Notes: generated by a model not told the origin, from the letters alone. Shown: positions 34,079 through 43,444, counted from the stretch's first letter. The stretch: 64,000 nt of DNA from Pseudomonadota bacterium (GCA_036687665.1 JAYYZZ010000003.1:268318-332317), one strand, 5' to 3'. Program-made: numbers and translations.

Positions 34079-35482
34079 ATGCCAGTTATATTAGTCACAG
34101 ATTTTTTAATATTTTTGCTGTTAATCCTTGCATCTAGCTATGTATTTTATGTTTGCAGGAGACCTTTGCTTAGAGCACCTTGGGCCGATGTTTTGAAAAA
34201 TCGTGTCGGAGCAATTTCGTTTACTGTTTTAATGTTTTATATCTCTATAGCAGTATTAGACTCCATGCATTATCACCCAAGGATTAGCTCCCCTCAGGAA
34301 AAAAAGGTTGTATACTCAAATGAGATAGCAAGTGTTTTCGATCTTATCGTTAGTCACCTGCGAACAAGTACAGAAAAAACATACTCCGCTCCACTTTCTG
34401 CATATCAATATTCTAAAGAGGCAGCTGAAGTTTCAAATGAAGACGCCCATAGAGATTATCCGCGCCTAAAATACGGTGGTAGGCATTTAACAAATCCAAA
34501 TAAAGAGATAGTTTCTGATGTATTTTCAAAGGTTTTAAAGGGCATCCTAATTGCTTCAGTTTTTTGGATTGTTTTGCTGACGTTAATAACTTTTTTTTAC
34601 ACATACAAGAGAAGCAGCAGTTTCTATATTCAGGTGCAGCAGATATTTTTCTCAAAACAAAAGCGGTCACTTCCGACTATTCTTATAACTATTCTTGTGC
34701 TTATGATTATTACTTGTGTAGTTGTGCAACTAAGTTTTAGTTATCATGTTTTTGGCACAGACAAAGTGGGACAAGATGTTTTTTATCAGGCACTTAAAAG
34801 TATAAGGACTGGTATTATTATCGGAACTATTACTACACTTGTGATGCTACCATTTGCGATTATTCTGGGAATAATGGCGGGGTATTTCGGCGGGCGCGTC
34901 GACGACATTATCCAATATATTTATACAACTTTAAACTCAGTGCCTGGCGTCTTACTGATCGCTGCCGCTATACTTATGTTGCATGTCTATATGGGAAACA
35001 ACCCTGAACAATTTACAAACTTAACAGAAAGGGCAGATCTGCGTTTATTATTTTTATGCATGATACTTGGCATTACAAGCTGGACAGGGTTATGTAGATT
35101 ATTGCGCGGCGAAAGCTTGAAGCTTCGTGAAACCGAGTATATCGTCGCAGCAAAAGCCTTAGGTGTTCGTAATTTCATTGTTATATTTAGACATATATTG
35201 CCTAACTTAATGCATATCGTTTTAATTACTATTGTCCTTGATTTTAGTGGTTTAGTGTTAGCTGAGGCTGTTCTTTCGTACGTCAATATTGGTGTTGACC
35301 CAACCACACACAGCTGGGGCAATATGATCAACAGCGCGAGACTGGAAATGGCAAGAGAGCCTGTAGTTTGGTGGTCGCTATCAGCATCTTTATTTTTTAT
35401 GTTCGTGCTTGTTTTATTTGCGAACCTTTTCTCAGATGTCGTGCGCGACGTTTTTGACCCGAGAGCAAAAAAACATGAATAA
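34079..35482 (+). CDS. yejE: ABC transporter permease (YejE/DppC-like) with ~150-aa N-terminal extension
   Basis: 467 aa. C-terminal permease core with EAA loop (YIVAAKALGVRNFIVIFRHILPN). N-terminal extension has two predicted TM helices plus a hydrophilic loop, absent from the ~340-aa E. coli YejE. Confidence 0.8.
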   Translation: MPVILVTDFLIFLLLILASSYVFYVCRRPLLRAPWADVLKNRVGAISFTVLMFYISIAVLDSMHYHPRISSPQEKKVVYSNEIASVFDLIVSHLRTSTEKTYSAPLSAYQYSKEAAEVSNEDAHRDYPRLKYGGRHLTNPNKEIVSDVFSKVLKGILIASVFWIVLLTLITFFYTYKRSSSFYIQVQQIFFSKQKRSLPTILITILVLMIITCVVVQLSFSYHVFGTDKVGQDVFYQALKSIRTGIIIGTITTLVMLPFAIILGIMAGYFGGRVDDIIQYIYTTLNSVPGVLLIAAAILMLHVYMGNNPEQFTNLTERADLRLLFLCMILGITSWTGLCRLLRGESLKLRETEYIVAAKALGVRNFIVIFRHILPNLMHIVLITIVLDFSGLVLAEAVLSYVNIGVDPTTHSWGNMINSARLEMAREPVVWWSLSASLFFMFVLVLFANLFSDVVRDVFDPRAKKHE

Positions 35483-37136
35483 AAATGTGTTAGATGTGAG
35501 AGATTTGCAAGTAGGCTTCATGAATAAAGAAGAGCTTGATATTGTGATTCACAATATAAGCTTTAGCATTCAGCCTGGAGAAACATTTGCATTACTTGGA
35601 GAATCTGGGAGTGGAAAATCAATCACCGCATTATCAATCATGCGGTTGCTGTCTGACACAGCGAAGGTTATTTCAGGTGAGATACTTTCTTCTGGGACAA
35701 ATTTATTACATTTAACTGAAAAAGAAATGCGAGAAGTGCGAGGCAAAAAAATAGGCATGATTTTTCAGGAACCGATGACCTCTCTTAATCCCGTTATGAC
35801 AATCGGCAAACAAATTACCGAAAGCATATTATCTAAACACAAGATGAATGCAGAGGATGCAAAGGAAAAATCGCTTGATTTGTTAGATGCAGTGGGAATT
35901 CGGAATCCACGTAGAATTATAAATGAGTATCCTCACCAACTTTCTGGCGGAATGAAGCAGAGGGTAATGATTTCTATTGCGTTATCAAGTAACCCTCAAT
36001 TGCTGATAGCAGATGAACCAACAACATCTCTTGACGTGACGATACAGGCGCAAGTTTTAAAGTTACTTAAAGATTTGCAAAATAAACTTGGTATGTCGAT
36101 ATTGTTCATCACTCATGATCTTTCTGTTGCAAATACTGTTGCAGATTCAGTTGCCGTAATGCGAGATGGAAAAATCATAGAAAAAAATTCGAAGAATAGT
36201 TTTTTTGCAGCACCCAAACACCCATATAGCAAAGAGCTATTTCTAGCGTTACCAGACGTTTCAAAGCGGGGTGAATTTTTAGGGCAAACTAGTAACAACA
36301 CAAGCGCTAACATATCCTCAACTTATAAAAATATAGATACAAATAGTAAATTATTGGAAGTTAATAATCTGAAAGTATATTTTCCGATAAACAGTGGTTT
36401 TCTGAATCATCGTAAGAGTGTGGTTAAAGCTGTTGACGGCGTGTCTTTTACATTATCAAAAGGTGAAACATTAGCAGTGGTTGGAGAATCTGGGTGTGGG
36501 AAAACAACAACTGGCAAAGGTATACTTCAGCTCGAAAATGTAACATCAGGCTCTGTAAAGTACGATGGACAGGAATTGACAATGGCGACTGACAGTAGAT
36601 TACGCACTCTCAGATCCAAGTTACAAATTGTTTTTCAAGACCCTTTTGCGTCTTTGAACCCAAGAATGACTATAGGAAAAATAATTGAAGAAGGTATTAC
36701 TGCACAAGAGCCTCAGGTAGAGTCAATAGAAAAAAAAGAAAGAACAATAAACCTTATTGAAAATGTTGGTCTCCATGCATCTCATTATTTGCGTTATCCA
36801 CATGAGTTTTCAGGCGGCCAAAGGCAGCGAATAGCTATTGCTAGAGCATTAGCAGTCAACCCAAGATTAATAATTTGCGATGAGCCGACAAGCTCACTAG
36901 ATGTATCTGTCCAAGCGCAAATTTTAAATCTATTAAAAGAATTGCAAGATAAATTAGGATTATCTTATTTATTCATCACACATAATCTTGCAGTAGTATC
37001 ATATATAGCGCATAAAATAGCTGTTATGTATGAAGGGAAAATTGTCGAATACGGCGATGCGGAAACTATATTAGCCCAACCTCAGTCAGCGTACACAAAA
37101 AAATTACTAGCAGCAGTACCAAAGCTAGATCTATAG
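35475..37136 (+). CDS. yejF: ABC transporter ATP-binding protein with duplicated ATPase domains (YejF-like)
   Basis: Start at MNKNVLDVRDL, overlapping the yejE stop; the track start at 35409 is an in-frame extension inside yejE. Two Walker A boxes (GESGSGKS, GESGCGKT). Two LSGG(M/Q) signatures. Two Walker B boxes (LLIADEPT, LIICDEPT). Confidence 0.9.
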   Translation: MNKNVLDVRDLQVGFMNKEELDIVIHNISFSIQPGETFALLGESGSGKSITALSIMRLLSDTAKVISGEILSSGTNLLHLTEKEMREVRGKKIGMIFQEPMTSLNPVMTIGKQITESILSKHKMNAEDAKEKSLDLLDAVGIRNPRRIINEYPHQLSGGMKQRVMISIALSSNPQLLIADEPTTSLDVTIQAQVLKLLKDLQNKLGMSILFITHDLSVANTVADSVAVMRDGKIIEKNSKNSFFAAPKHPYSKELFLALPDVSKRGEFLGQTSNNTSANISSTYKNIDTNSKLLEVNNLKVYFPINSGFLNHRKSVVKAVDGVSFTLSKGETLAVVGESGCGKTTTGKGILQLENVTSGSVKYDGQELTMATDSRLRTLRSKLQIVFQDPFASLNPRMTIGKIIEEGITAQEPQVESIEKKERTINLIENVGLHASHYLRYPHEFSGGQRQRIAIARALAVNPRLIICDEPTSSLDVSVQAQILNLLKELQDKLGLSYLFITHNLAVVSYIAHKIAVMYEGKIVEYGDAETILAQPQSAYTKKLLAAVPKLDL

Positions 37137-38438
37137 TTCAATCTCAGTGTTTTGTACTATTATCTTTTGTCCGGGTTGCAAGATGTGGTTATTATGCAAA
37201 TCATTTAGTTCCATAATTCTTTGAACTGTTGTTTTATTGCTAATTGCAATTCCCCAAAACGTATCACCCTTTTGAACTACGTGTATTCCTGCTTCTTTTT
37301 TATCTTTAGTGGGGATTTTCTTTAACGGGATAGTTAGAATCTGTTTTGGAAAAATAAGATAACTATTTATGTTATTTGCCTCTTTGAGCATTCTGACACT
37401 TGTCATATAAGTTTTTGCAATACCGCTTAGCGTGTCACCTCGGCGAACAGTGTGTTTATAAAAATCAAGTGCACGTGCATCTGGAAAAGAGGCTAAGTTT
37501 TGCCTAAAATTTTCAACTTTATTAGTTGGGATTGCAAGAGAATATGTTTTAGTGTTGGGCGTGATACCAAATTTGCAGCCCGCATTTAAGCTCAATAAAT
37601 ATTTTTCGTCTATTTTTATAATTCGTGCAATATCTTTAAGTGCTAACCGTCTTTTTACAGCAACTGGTGAAATAACTTCAATATTTGGTATTTGGTCTAA
37701 TTGGATATTGTAAATATTAGGATCTTTGATTATTTCAACAGCTGCTAATAGCTTAGGAATATAGTACCTGGTTTCTCTTGGCAGCTTTAAATGCCAGTAG
37801 TCTGTAGGAAGTCCATGTTTTGCATTGTAATTTACTGCTCTCTCAATGCGCAAAGGGCCTGCATTGTATGCTGCCAATGTTAAAAATAAATCTTTGTTAA
37901 ATCTAAAGTACAATTTTTCTATATAACCCAAAGCAGATTGAGTTGCATATAAAACATCGAGTCTTCCATCATATTCAGCGTTGATTAATAAATTATTATT
38001 GCGGCCTGTAGAAGCAATAAATTGCCACAAACCTGCTGCACCCATGCTTGAATATGCTTTTGTTTTGAAGCTACTTTCAATCAGTGGCAAAAGTGATAAC
38101 TCTATAGGGAGACCTCTTTTCTCTATTTCCTTTACAATAAAGTATAAGTATGGGCGCGCTCTTTTCGTTGCTACATAGAGTTCTTTTCTGTGTTTTGAAT
38201 ACCATTTTATGCGTTGTTGTACCCTTGTCTCCGTTAATTTGGTATCAATTGCGAGTTGTACGCCAATTCTTTCCCATATCGTATTATATTCGCTCAAATC
38301 TCTAATTTTGGGAGCTTGCGTTTCGTTATCTATAGGAGTGACAGCTACGCAGCCAGTTAGGAAAATAGCCAATATCGCAAAAAAAACAAAAGAAAAGTGG
38401 TTTTTATAATGCATAATTTCCAAGCTTACTGTGTACAA
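37131..38438 (-). CDS. mltD: membrane-bound lytic murein transglycosylase D (two C-terminal LysM domains)
   Basis: 435 aa. Lipobox LTGC. SLT catalytic region (ESSFKTKAYSSMGAAGLWQF). Two LysM repeats (GDTLSGIAKTY..., GDTFWGIAISN...). 3' end overlaps the yejF stop by 6 nt (convergent). Confidence 0.88.
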   Translation of the reverse strand: MYTVSLEIMHYKNHFSFVFFAILAIFLTGCVAVTPIDNETQAPKIRDLSEYNTIWERIGVQLAIDTKLTETRVQQRIKWYSKHRKELYVATKRARPYLYFIVKEIEKRGLPIELSLLPLIESSFKTKAYSSMGAAGLWQFIASTGRNNNLLINAEYDGRLDVLYATQSALGYIEKLYFRFNKDLFLTLAAYNAGPLRIERAVNYNAKHGLPTDYWHLKLPRETRYYIPKLLAAVEIIKDPNIYNIQLDQIPNIEVISPVAVKRRLALKDIARIIKIDEKYLLSLNAGCKFGITPNTKTYSLAIPTNKVENFRQNLASFPDARALDFYKHTVRRGDTLSGIAKTYMTSVRMLKEANNINSYLIFPKQILTIPLKKIPTKDKKEAGIHVVQKGDTFWGIAISNKTTVQRIMELNDLHNNHILQPGQKIIVQNTEIEL

Positions 38439-38488
38439 TGTTCATTAGTATTTGATTTTTTTTATGCCTACATTAATATCACTTTTGT

Positions 38489-39211
38489 ATGAATCAGTAT
38501 GAGATTCACGAGGAGCTCGAAAACTGGTACCAAAGTAGTTTGGGGGCCCAGCTTGCACATTATATAAACCATATATTACATATTTTTTTAAAAGAGGTAT
38601 ATGGTCATATTGCAATCCATAGCGGTGCGCATCTCATAACAAATGAATCGTTTTGCTCAGAAAGAATCCAGGAAACGTACTGTGTTTTTCCTAAGAAAAG
38701 CGGTGAAAATGTTATTGCGTCACCAGCTTCCATGCCATTTCCTTCAGACACGGCAGACTTAGTTAGTTTAATTCATTCTTTAGAGATGAGCGATCGCCCA
38801 CACCAGGTGCTACGCGAAGCAGAACGAATTCTTATACCAAATGGACATTTAATTATTGTTGCTTTCAATCCTTTTAGTTGGTACAACGCTAAAAAAGTAT
38901 TTTTACCTGACACAGCCCCTTTTAATCGCCAGTTCTATAAGGCAACACGCGTTAAAGATTGGTTAACTTTACTGAATTTTGATATTGTCAGTAAGAAATA
39001 TGTAGCTTTTCGTCCACCCGTGTCCAATAAGAAAATATACGATAACTTATCTTTTTTAGAAAAGTCAGGCCCAAAAATTTTTCCATTTTTAGGAGCTGTA
39101 TATTGTTATTTAGCCAAAAAAAGCATCGCTGGGTTGACACCGGTCCATAAAAGTAGGCAACAATCTTCTGTCATTGTTCCAGGCAAGTTTGCAAAACCAA
39201 CACTAGGGTAG
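38489..39211 (+). CDS. class I SAM-dependent methyltransferase (Methyltransf_11-like)
   Basis: 240 aa. Motif LIHSLEMSDRPHQVLREAERILIPNGHLII fits the methyltransferase post-I/II region. Conserved neighbour of rnhA-dnaQ in Pseudomonas. Confidence 0.6.
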   Translation: MNQYEIHEELENWYQSSLGAQLAHYINHILHIFLKEVYGHIAIHSGAHLITNESFCSERIQETYCVFPKKSGENVIASPASMPFPSDTADLVSLIHSLEMSDRPHQVLREAERILIPNGHLIIVAFNPFSWYNAKKVFLPDTAPFNRQFYKATRVKDWLTLLNFDIVSKKYVAFRPPVSNKKIYDNLSFLEKSGPKIFPFLGAVYCYLAKKSIAGLTPVHKSRQQSSVIVPGKFAKPTLG

Positions 39212-39218
39212 TTTTAGA

Positions 39219-39659
39219 ATGGAAAATTATATAGAAATATACACAGATGGTGCATGCAGAGGTAACCCTGGAGTAGGTGGTTGGGGTGTAGTGATAATCG
39301 ATGGAGCAGAGAGAATTGAATTTTCTGGTTTTGAGAAAGAAACTACCAACAATAGAATGGAAATGGTCGCTGCCATCAAAGCTTTAGAGTATTTAGATAC
39401 AGATCACAATGTTCTTATCATTACTGATTCAAAATATTTGATGCAAGGAATACAAGAATGGTTGCCAGATTGGAAAAAGAGAGGCTGGAAGACTGCTTCA
39501 AAAAAACCAGTAAAAAATAAAGATCTTTGGCAACAACTTGATAAACTAGCAAATAAGCATAAATTAGAATGGCGTTGGGTCAAGGGCCACACTGGAAACT
39601 TAGGGAATGAAAGGGCAGATATGCTGGCAAATCAGGCGATAGACACATTAGGTAACTAA
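39219..39659 (+). CDS. rnhA: ribonuclease HI
   Basis: 146 aa. IYTDGACRGNPG...GWG, NNRMEM and TDSKY catalytic DEDD context. Confidence 0.93.
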   Translation: MENYIEIYTDGACRGNPGVGGWGVVIIDGAERIEFSGFEKETTNNRMEMVAAIKALEYLDTDHNVLIITDSKYLMQGIQEWLPDWKKRGWKTASKKPVKNKDLWQQLDKLANKHKLEWRWVKGHTGNLGNERADMLANQAIDTLGN

Positions 39660-39673
39660 AAGATAAGGAAACT

Positions 39674-40384
39674 ATGAGACAAGTTGTTTTGGATACAGAA
39701 ACCACAGGTTTAGAGGTAAGCGAAGGTCATCGTATTATTGAGATTGGTTGTGTTGAATTAGCTAACAGAAGACCAACAGGAAATATTTTTCATCATTATG
39801 TGCAACCAGAGCGTGAAATTGATCCTGGAGCAATAGAAATACATGGTATAAAAAATGAAGACCTAAAAAATAAACCTCGGTTTACTGACATTGCGAATGA
39901 GCTTATAGAATTTTTATCAGACTCAGAACTTATAATACATAACGCCCCATTTGATTTAGGGTTTATCAATGCTGAATTCTCTAGAATTGAAAGTTGTGAA
40001 ACAAAAGTTGAAGACATTTGCACAATTTTAGATTCTCTAGAATTAGCTAGAAAGTTACACCCGGGACAAAAAAACAACTTAAATGCTCTGTGTAGCAGAT
40101 ATTCAGTTGATAATTCTAATAGGGATTTTCATGGAGCTTTACTAGATGCAGAAATTCTATCTGAGGTTTATTTGCAAATGACTGGTGGACAGGAAAGCCT
40201 CTCGCTTAGCTCTAGCAACGAAACTTTGCATGATTCAAATTACAGACATGAAAATAATGATGAAAAACAGCAAAAACTACGCGTTATACAAGCAAATGAT
40301 AAGGAAAAAGCAGACCATAAGGCGAGACTGCAAGCTATAGAAAAAGATTCAAATGGCAAGTGCTTATGGCTACATATAAAATAA
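39674..40384 (+). CDS. dnaQ: DNA polymerase III epsilon subunit (3'-5' exonuclease)
   Basis: 236 aa. Exo I VVLDTETTG, Exo II HNAPFDLGF, Exo III HGALLDAEIL. rnhA-dnaQ pair. Confidence 0.92.
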   Translation: MRQVVLDTETTGLEVSEGHRIIEIGCVELANRRPTGNIFHHYVQPEREIDPGAIEIHGIKNEDLKNKPRFTDIANELIEFLSDSELIIHNAPFDLGFINAEFSRIESCETKVEDICTILDSLELARKLHPGQKNNLNALCSRYSVDNSNRDFHGALLDAEILSEVYLQMTGGQESLSLSSSNETLHDSNYRHENNDEKQQKLRVIQANDKEKADHKARLQAIEKDSNGKCLWLHIK

Positions 40385-40468
40385 CAACCCTGTCTAGACA
40401 TTGCCTAACTTATTATGTAAGGTCTGTATTTAATAACAAAAAAAATTTTAGACACATTGGAATAGATA

Positions 40469-40693
40469 ATGGATAAAGTATTTATATTAGTTTTAATAGC
40501 TGTTGTTGGATTTTGGGCATACCTGAAAGTGTATCATGTCGATGGTACAGGTATGGCGTCTGGTGATTGGGTTGCTGTAGTAGGTAGCGAAGGAGATGAA
40601 AAGACTATTGGCACTTTTTCTAGCTATGACGACTGCGTTGAAGCGGCACTAGGATCCTCAGAAAAAGGTTCTGTGTATAGTTGTTCTCAGTAG
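40469..40693 (+). CDS. hypothetical small membrane-anchored protein (74 aa)
   Basis: ATG preceded by a purine-rich stretch (GGAATAGATAATGG). N-terminal TM helix FILVLIAVVGFWAYL, then a 50-aa hydrophilic tail with paired Cys (DDCVEAAL...VYSCSQ). Codon usage resembles neighbours. No family recognised. Confidence 0.4.
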   Translation: MDKVFILVLIAVVGFWAYLKVYHVDGTGMASGDWVAVVGSEGDEKTIGTFSSYDDCVEAALGSSEKGSVYSCSQ

Positions 40694-40752
40694 ATTAAAA
40701 AAACTCGGATTCAACAGATTCTGATTTTCACCTTCAAAGCTGGATACAAGAC

Positions 40753-41229
40753 TTAGCGATTCGTTTTCTTCAGCATTCTTTGCTTCTCTCTATCCCAGTC
40801 ACGCTTTTTTATTGTCTCGCGTTTGTCATGCTGTTTTTTACCCTTTGCCAATCCGATTTCTAACTTAGCAAATCCATGTTTCCAGTAGGCTGATAACGGG
40901 ACGAGGGTGTAGCCATCCTGGTCAATAGCGCTAGTTAATTTTGCCAATTCGCTGCTATTTAAAAGTAGTTTTCTTAGTCTTCCTGGCTGAGTTTCAACGT
41001 GGCTAGATGCCGTGGGTAAAGGGGCAATATGAGCACCTGAGAGCCATGCTTCAGAATTTTTTATCAAAACATAGCTTTCTTTTATTTCCATATGGTGCGC
41101 TCTGAGACTTTTAACTTCCCAGCCCTCCAGCACAATTCCAGCTTCATATATGCTTTCAATCCAATAGTCGCGTTTTGCTTTTCTATTGACAACTATCTGG
41201 TTTGCCTTTTTCTTCTTTGTTTTGCTCAT
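40753..41229 (-). CDS. smpB: SsrA-binding protein
   Basis: 158 aa. SmpB signature ([28 protein letters not shown]) and basic C-terminal tail. Confidence 0.93.
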   Translation of the reverse strand: MSKTKKKKANQIVVNRKAKRDYWIESIYEAGIVLEGWEVKSLRAHHMEIKESYVLIKNSEAWLSGAHIAPLPTASSHVETQPGRLRKLLLNSSELAKLTSAIDQDGYTLVPLSAYWKHGFAKLEIGLAKGKKQHDKRETIKKRDWDREKQRMLKKTNR

Positions 41230-41337
41230 GTTACAGATTATATGTGAAATATCAGCTACATATCATTAGGTTAGATATATATTGTAGTAGAGTCAAAAAT
41301 TAAGGAAAATGCGCACTAATTTCTAATAATTACAAGT

Positions 41338-42699
41338 ATGTCAGAGCCTCGTATATCAATCCACGGACAATGGTCCTCTAAGCTAGCCTTTATTTTCGCA
41401 GCCACTGGGTCGGCTGTAGGTCTTGGCAATATATGGAAGTTTCCTTATATAACAGGAGAAAACGGAGGGGGCGCATTTGTCTTAGTTTATATTATTTGCG
41501 TAGCGACTATAGCTTTACCTATCATGATTGCTGAGGTGTTTCTTGGAAAGAGAGGAAAAAGAAACCCTGTGGGGACTTTCCACATTCTATCTAAAGAAGA
41601 AAACTTAAGCGCTAATTGGAAATTAATTGGATGGGGAGGGATTCTAGCCGGGGTTATTATTCTTTCCTACTATAGCGTTATAGCAGGCTGGGCTTTGGCC
41701 TATGTAGTTCGCGCAGCAAGCGGATTTTTCTCATATATTACAAAAGACGGGGCAACAGAAATATTTAGTCAACTAGTGTCAGCCCCCGAAGTTCTCCTTA
41801 CTTGGCATACATTATTTATGGTTATGACTGCAACTGTTGTTGCAAGAGGCGTTAGAGCAGGCTTAGAAAGCGCCGTTACATATTTAATGCCGTCACTTTT
41901 TGTATTACTTCTTGCTTTAGTTGCATTTTCCGCTCTGAAAGGTAATTTTAATCAAGCTCTAGATTTTTTATTTACCCCAGATTTTGAGAAACTTACCCCT
42001 GACACTATCTTGTTAGCTATGGGGCAGGCTTTTTTTAGCCTAAGTTTAGGAATGGGAGCTATTTTGGTGTACGGGTCTTATCTGCAGGAGGAAACATCAA
42101 TCGTGAATACCTCTTGTGTTGTTGCATCATTAGATACATTGATTGCGCTAGTTGCAGGCTTAGCTATATTCCCAATAGTTTTTGCTAGCGGTCTTGAAAT
42201 TTCTCAAGGACCGGCATTAGTTTTTCAGTCTTTAACTATTGCTTTTGGGCAGATGCCGGGGGGAACTTTATTTGGTGTATTATTTTTTGTTCTACTTGTT
42301 TTTGCAGCATGGACATCATCAATCTCGTTACTAGAGCCCGCTGTAACGTGGCTTGTTGAACAATATAGTCTTTCTAGAAACACTGCTTGCCTAATTTGTG
42401 GATTCGTGATTTGGTCATTAGGAATAGGTACCATTTTTTCTTTTAATATTGCATCAGAATACACTTTTTTCGGAAGAACTTTTTTTGAAACTCTTGACTA
42501 TTTTGCTTCAAATATCCTACTGCCTTTAGGTGGCGCATTTATGGCCATTTTTGTTGGTTGGAGAGTGTCACGTTCATCCGTCGTTGAAGAATTGTCCATA
42601 GGTAGTGGAATTGTATTTCATGTTTTACTTTTTTTAATCCGTGTTGTCGCTCCGGGGGCTGTATTTATAATATTTTTTAGATCCATTGGCATTCTATAA
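41338..42699 (+). CDS. sodium-dependent transporter, SNF (neurotransmitter:sodium symporter) family
   Basis: 453 aa. N-terminal W-S-S-K-L-x-F-I-x-A-x-G-S-A-V-G-L-G-N-x-W-K-F-P signature (WSSKLAFIFAATGSAVGLGNIWKFPY) is diagnostic for bacterial NSS/SNF. About 11 predicted TM segments. Confidence 0.85.
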   Translation: MSEPRISIHGQWSSKLAFIFAATGSAVGLGNIWKFPYITGENGGGAFVLVYIICVATIALPIMIAEVFLGKRGKRNPVGTFHILSKEENLSANWKLIGWGGILAGVIILSYYSVIAGWALAYVVRAASGFFSYITKDGATEIFSQLVSAPEVLLTWHTLFMVMTATVVARGVRAGLESAVTYLMPSLFVLLLALVAFSALKGNFNQALDFLFTPDFEKLTPDTILLAMGQAFFSLSLGMGAILVYGSYLQEETSIVNTSCVVASLDTLIALVAGLAIFPIVFASGLEISQGPALVFQSLTIAFGQMPGGTLFGVLFFVLLVFAAWTSSISLLEPAVTWLVEQYSLSRNTACLICGFVIWSLGIGTIFSFNIASEYTFFGRTFFETLDYFASNILLPLGGAFMAIFVGWRVSRSSVVEELSIGSGIVFHVLLFLIRVVAPGAVFIIFFRSIGIL

Positions 42700-42717
42700 A
42701 ATGCTTCCTGATATTCT

Positions 42718-43152
42718 ATGTTAGTAAAAAGAGAAGCACTTGTTACTTACTCATGCTCGCAGATGTATAATTTAGTCAATGATGTTCTTTCATACCCTGT
42801 TTTTTTGCCTGCTTGCACAAATGCAGAAATTATTTTTCAGAGCATGGAAAATGTAGAAGCTAAGCTTGATTTAAAAAAAGGTTCCGTGAACTTTTCCCTA
42901 TTAACTAGAAATACCTTCGTAAAAGATAGAGAAATTAATATGCAGTTGATTGAAGGCCCATTCGAATATTTAAAAGGTTCTTGGGAGTTTTTACCTGTAG
43001 GAGAAATAGGATGTCATATTCAGCTCCACATAGATTTTAAAATAAATAATTCTATGTTAAAAATTTTAACAACTTCAGTTTTTAAAAAAATATGCGACGA
43101 TTTAATTGATCGTTTTGTTTCAAGAGCACATGATATTTATGCAAAAAAGTAA
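42718..43152 (+). CDS. ratA: SRPBCC-family protein RatA (type II toxin / Coq10-like polyketide-cyclase fold)
   Basis: 144 aa. Conserved position downstream of smpB and directly upstream of rnfH, as in E. coli smpB-ratA-ratB. START/Bet v1-like sequence character. Confidence 0.7.
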   Translation: MLVKREALVTYSCSQMYNLVNDVLSYPVFLPACTNAEIIFQSMENVEAKLDLKKGSVNFSLLTRNTFVKDREINMQLIEGPFEYLKGSWEFLPVGEIGCHIQLHIDFKINNSMLKILTTSVFKKICDDLIDRFVSRAHDIYAKK

Positions 43153-43444
43153 TCATATAACTATTACTGTAGTGTATGCGACCGCAGAACATCAGGAACT
43201 TTGTACTTTAAAATTACCACAAGGTTCGAATGTTCAATACGCTGTAGAAGTATATAAAAGACAAACAAACAGTGCTCTTATAGACTTTTCTATAAATAAA
43301 TTTGGGATTTTTGGTACTGAGGTTTCTTTAGATCATGGCTTGCAGGAAGGAGACAGGGTGGAAGTGTATCGTGTGCTTAGTAAAAATCCTAAGCACGCAA
43401 GAAGGAAGCTCGCCCAAAAAGGTGACACTATGGGTCGAAAGTGA
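43139..43444 (+). CDS. rnfH: RnfH-family ubiquitin-like protein (RatB/YfjF)
   Basis: Start at MQKSNHITITVVYA, a 14-nt overlap with ratA; the track start at 43106 is an extension. ~100 aa beta-grasp-like. Conserved ratA partner. Confidence 0.7.
   Translation: MQKSNHITITVVYATAEHQELCTLKLPQGSNVQYAVEVYKRQTNSALIDFSINKFGIFGTEVSLDHGLQEGDRVEVYRVLSKNPKHARRKLAQKGDTMGRK

Noticed and set aside
40385-41337. Search for ssrA (tmRNA) flanking smpB
   Set aside because: No tRNA-like 3' end (GGTTCAAATCC...CTCCACCA) or conserved 5' end found on either strand by eye. Not reported as a feature.
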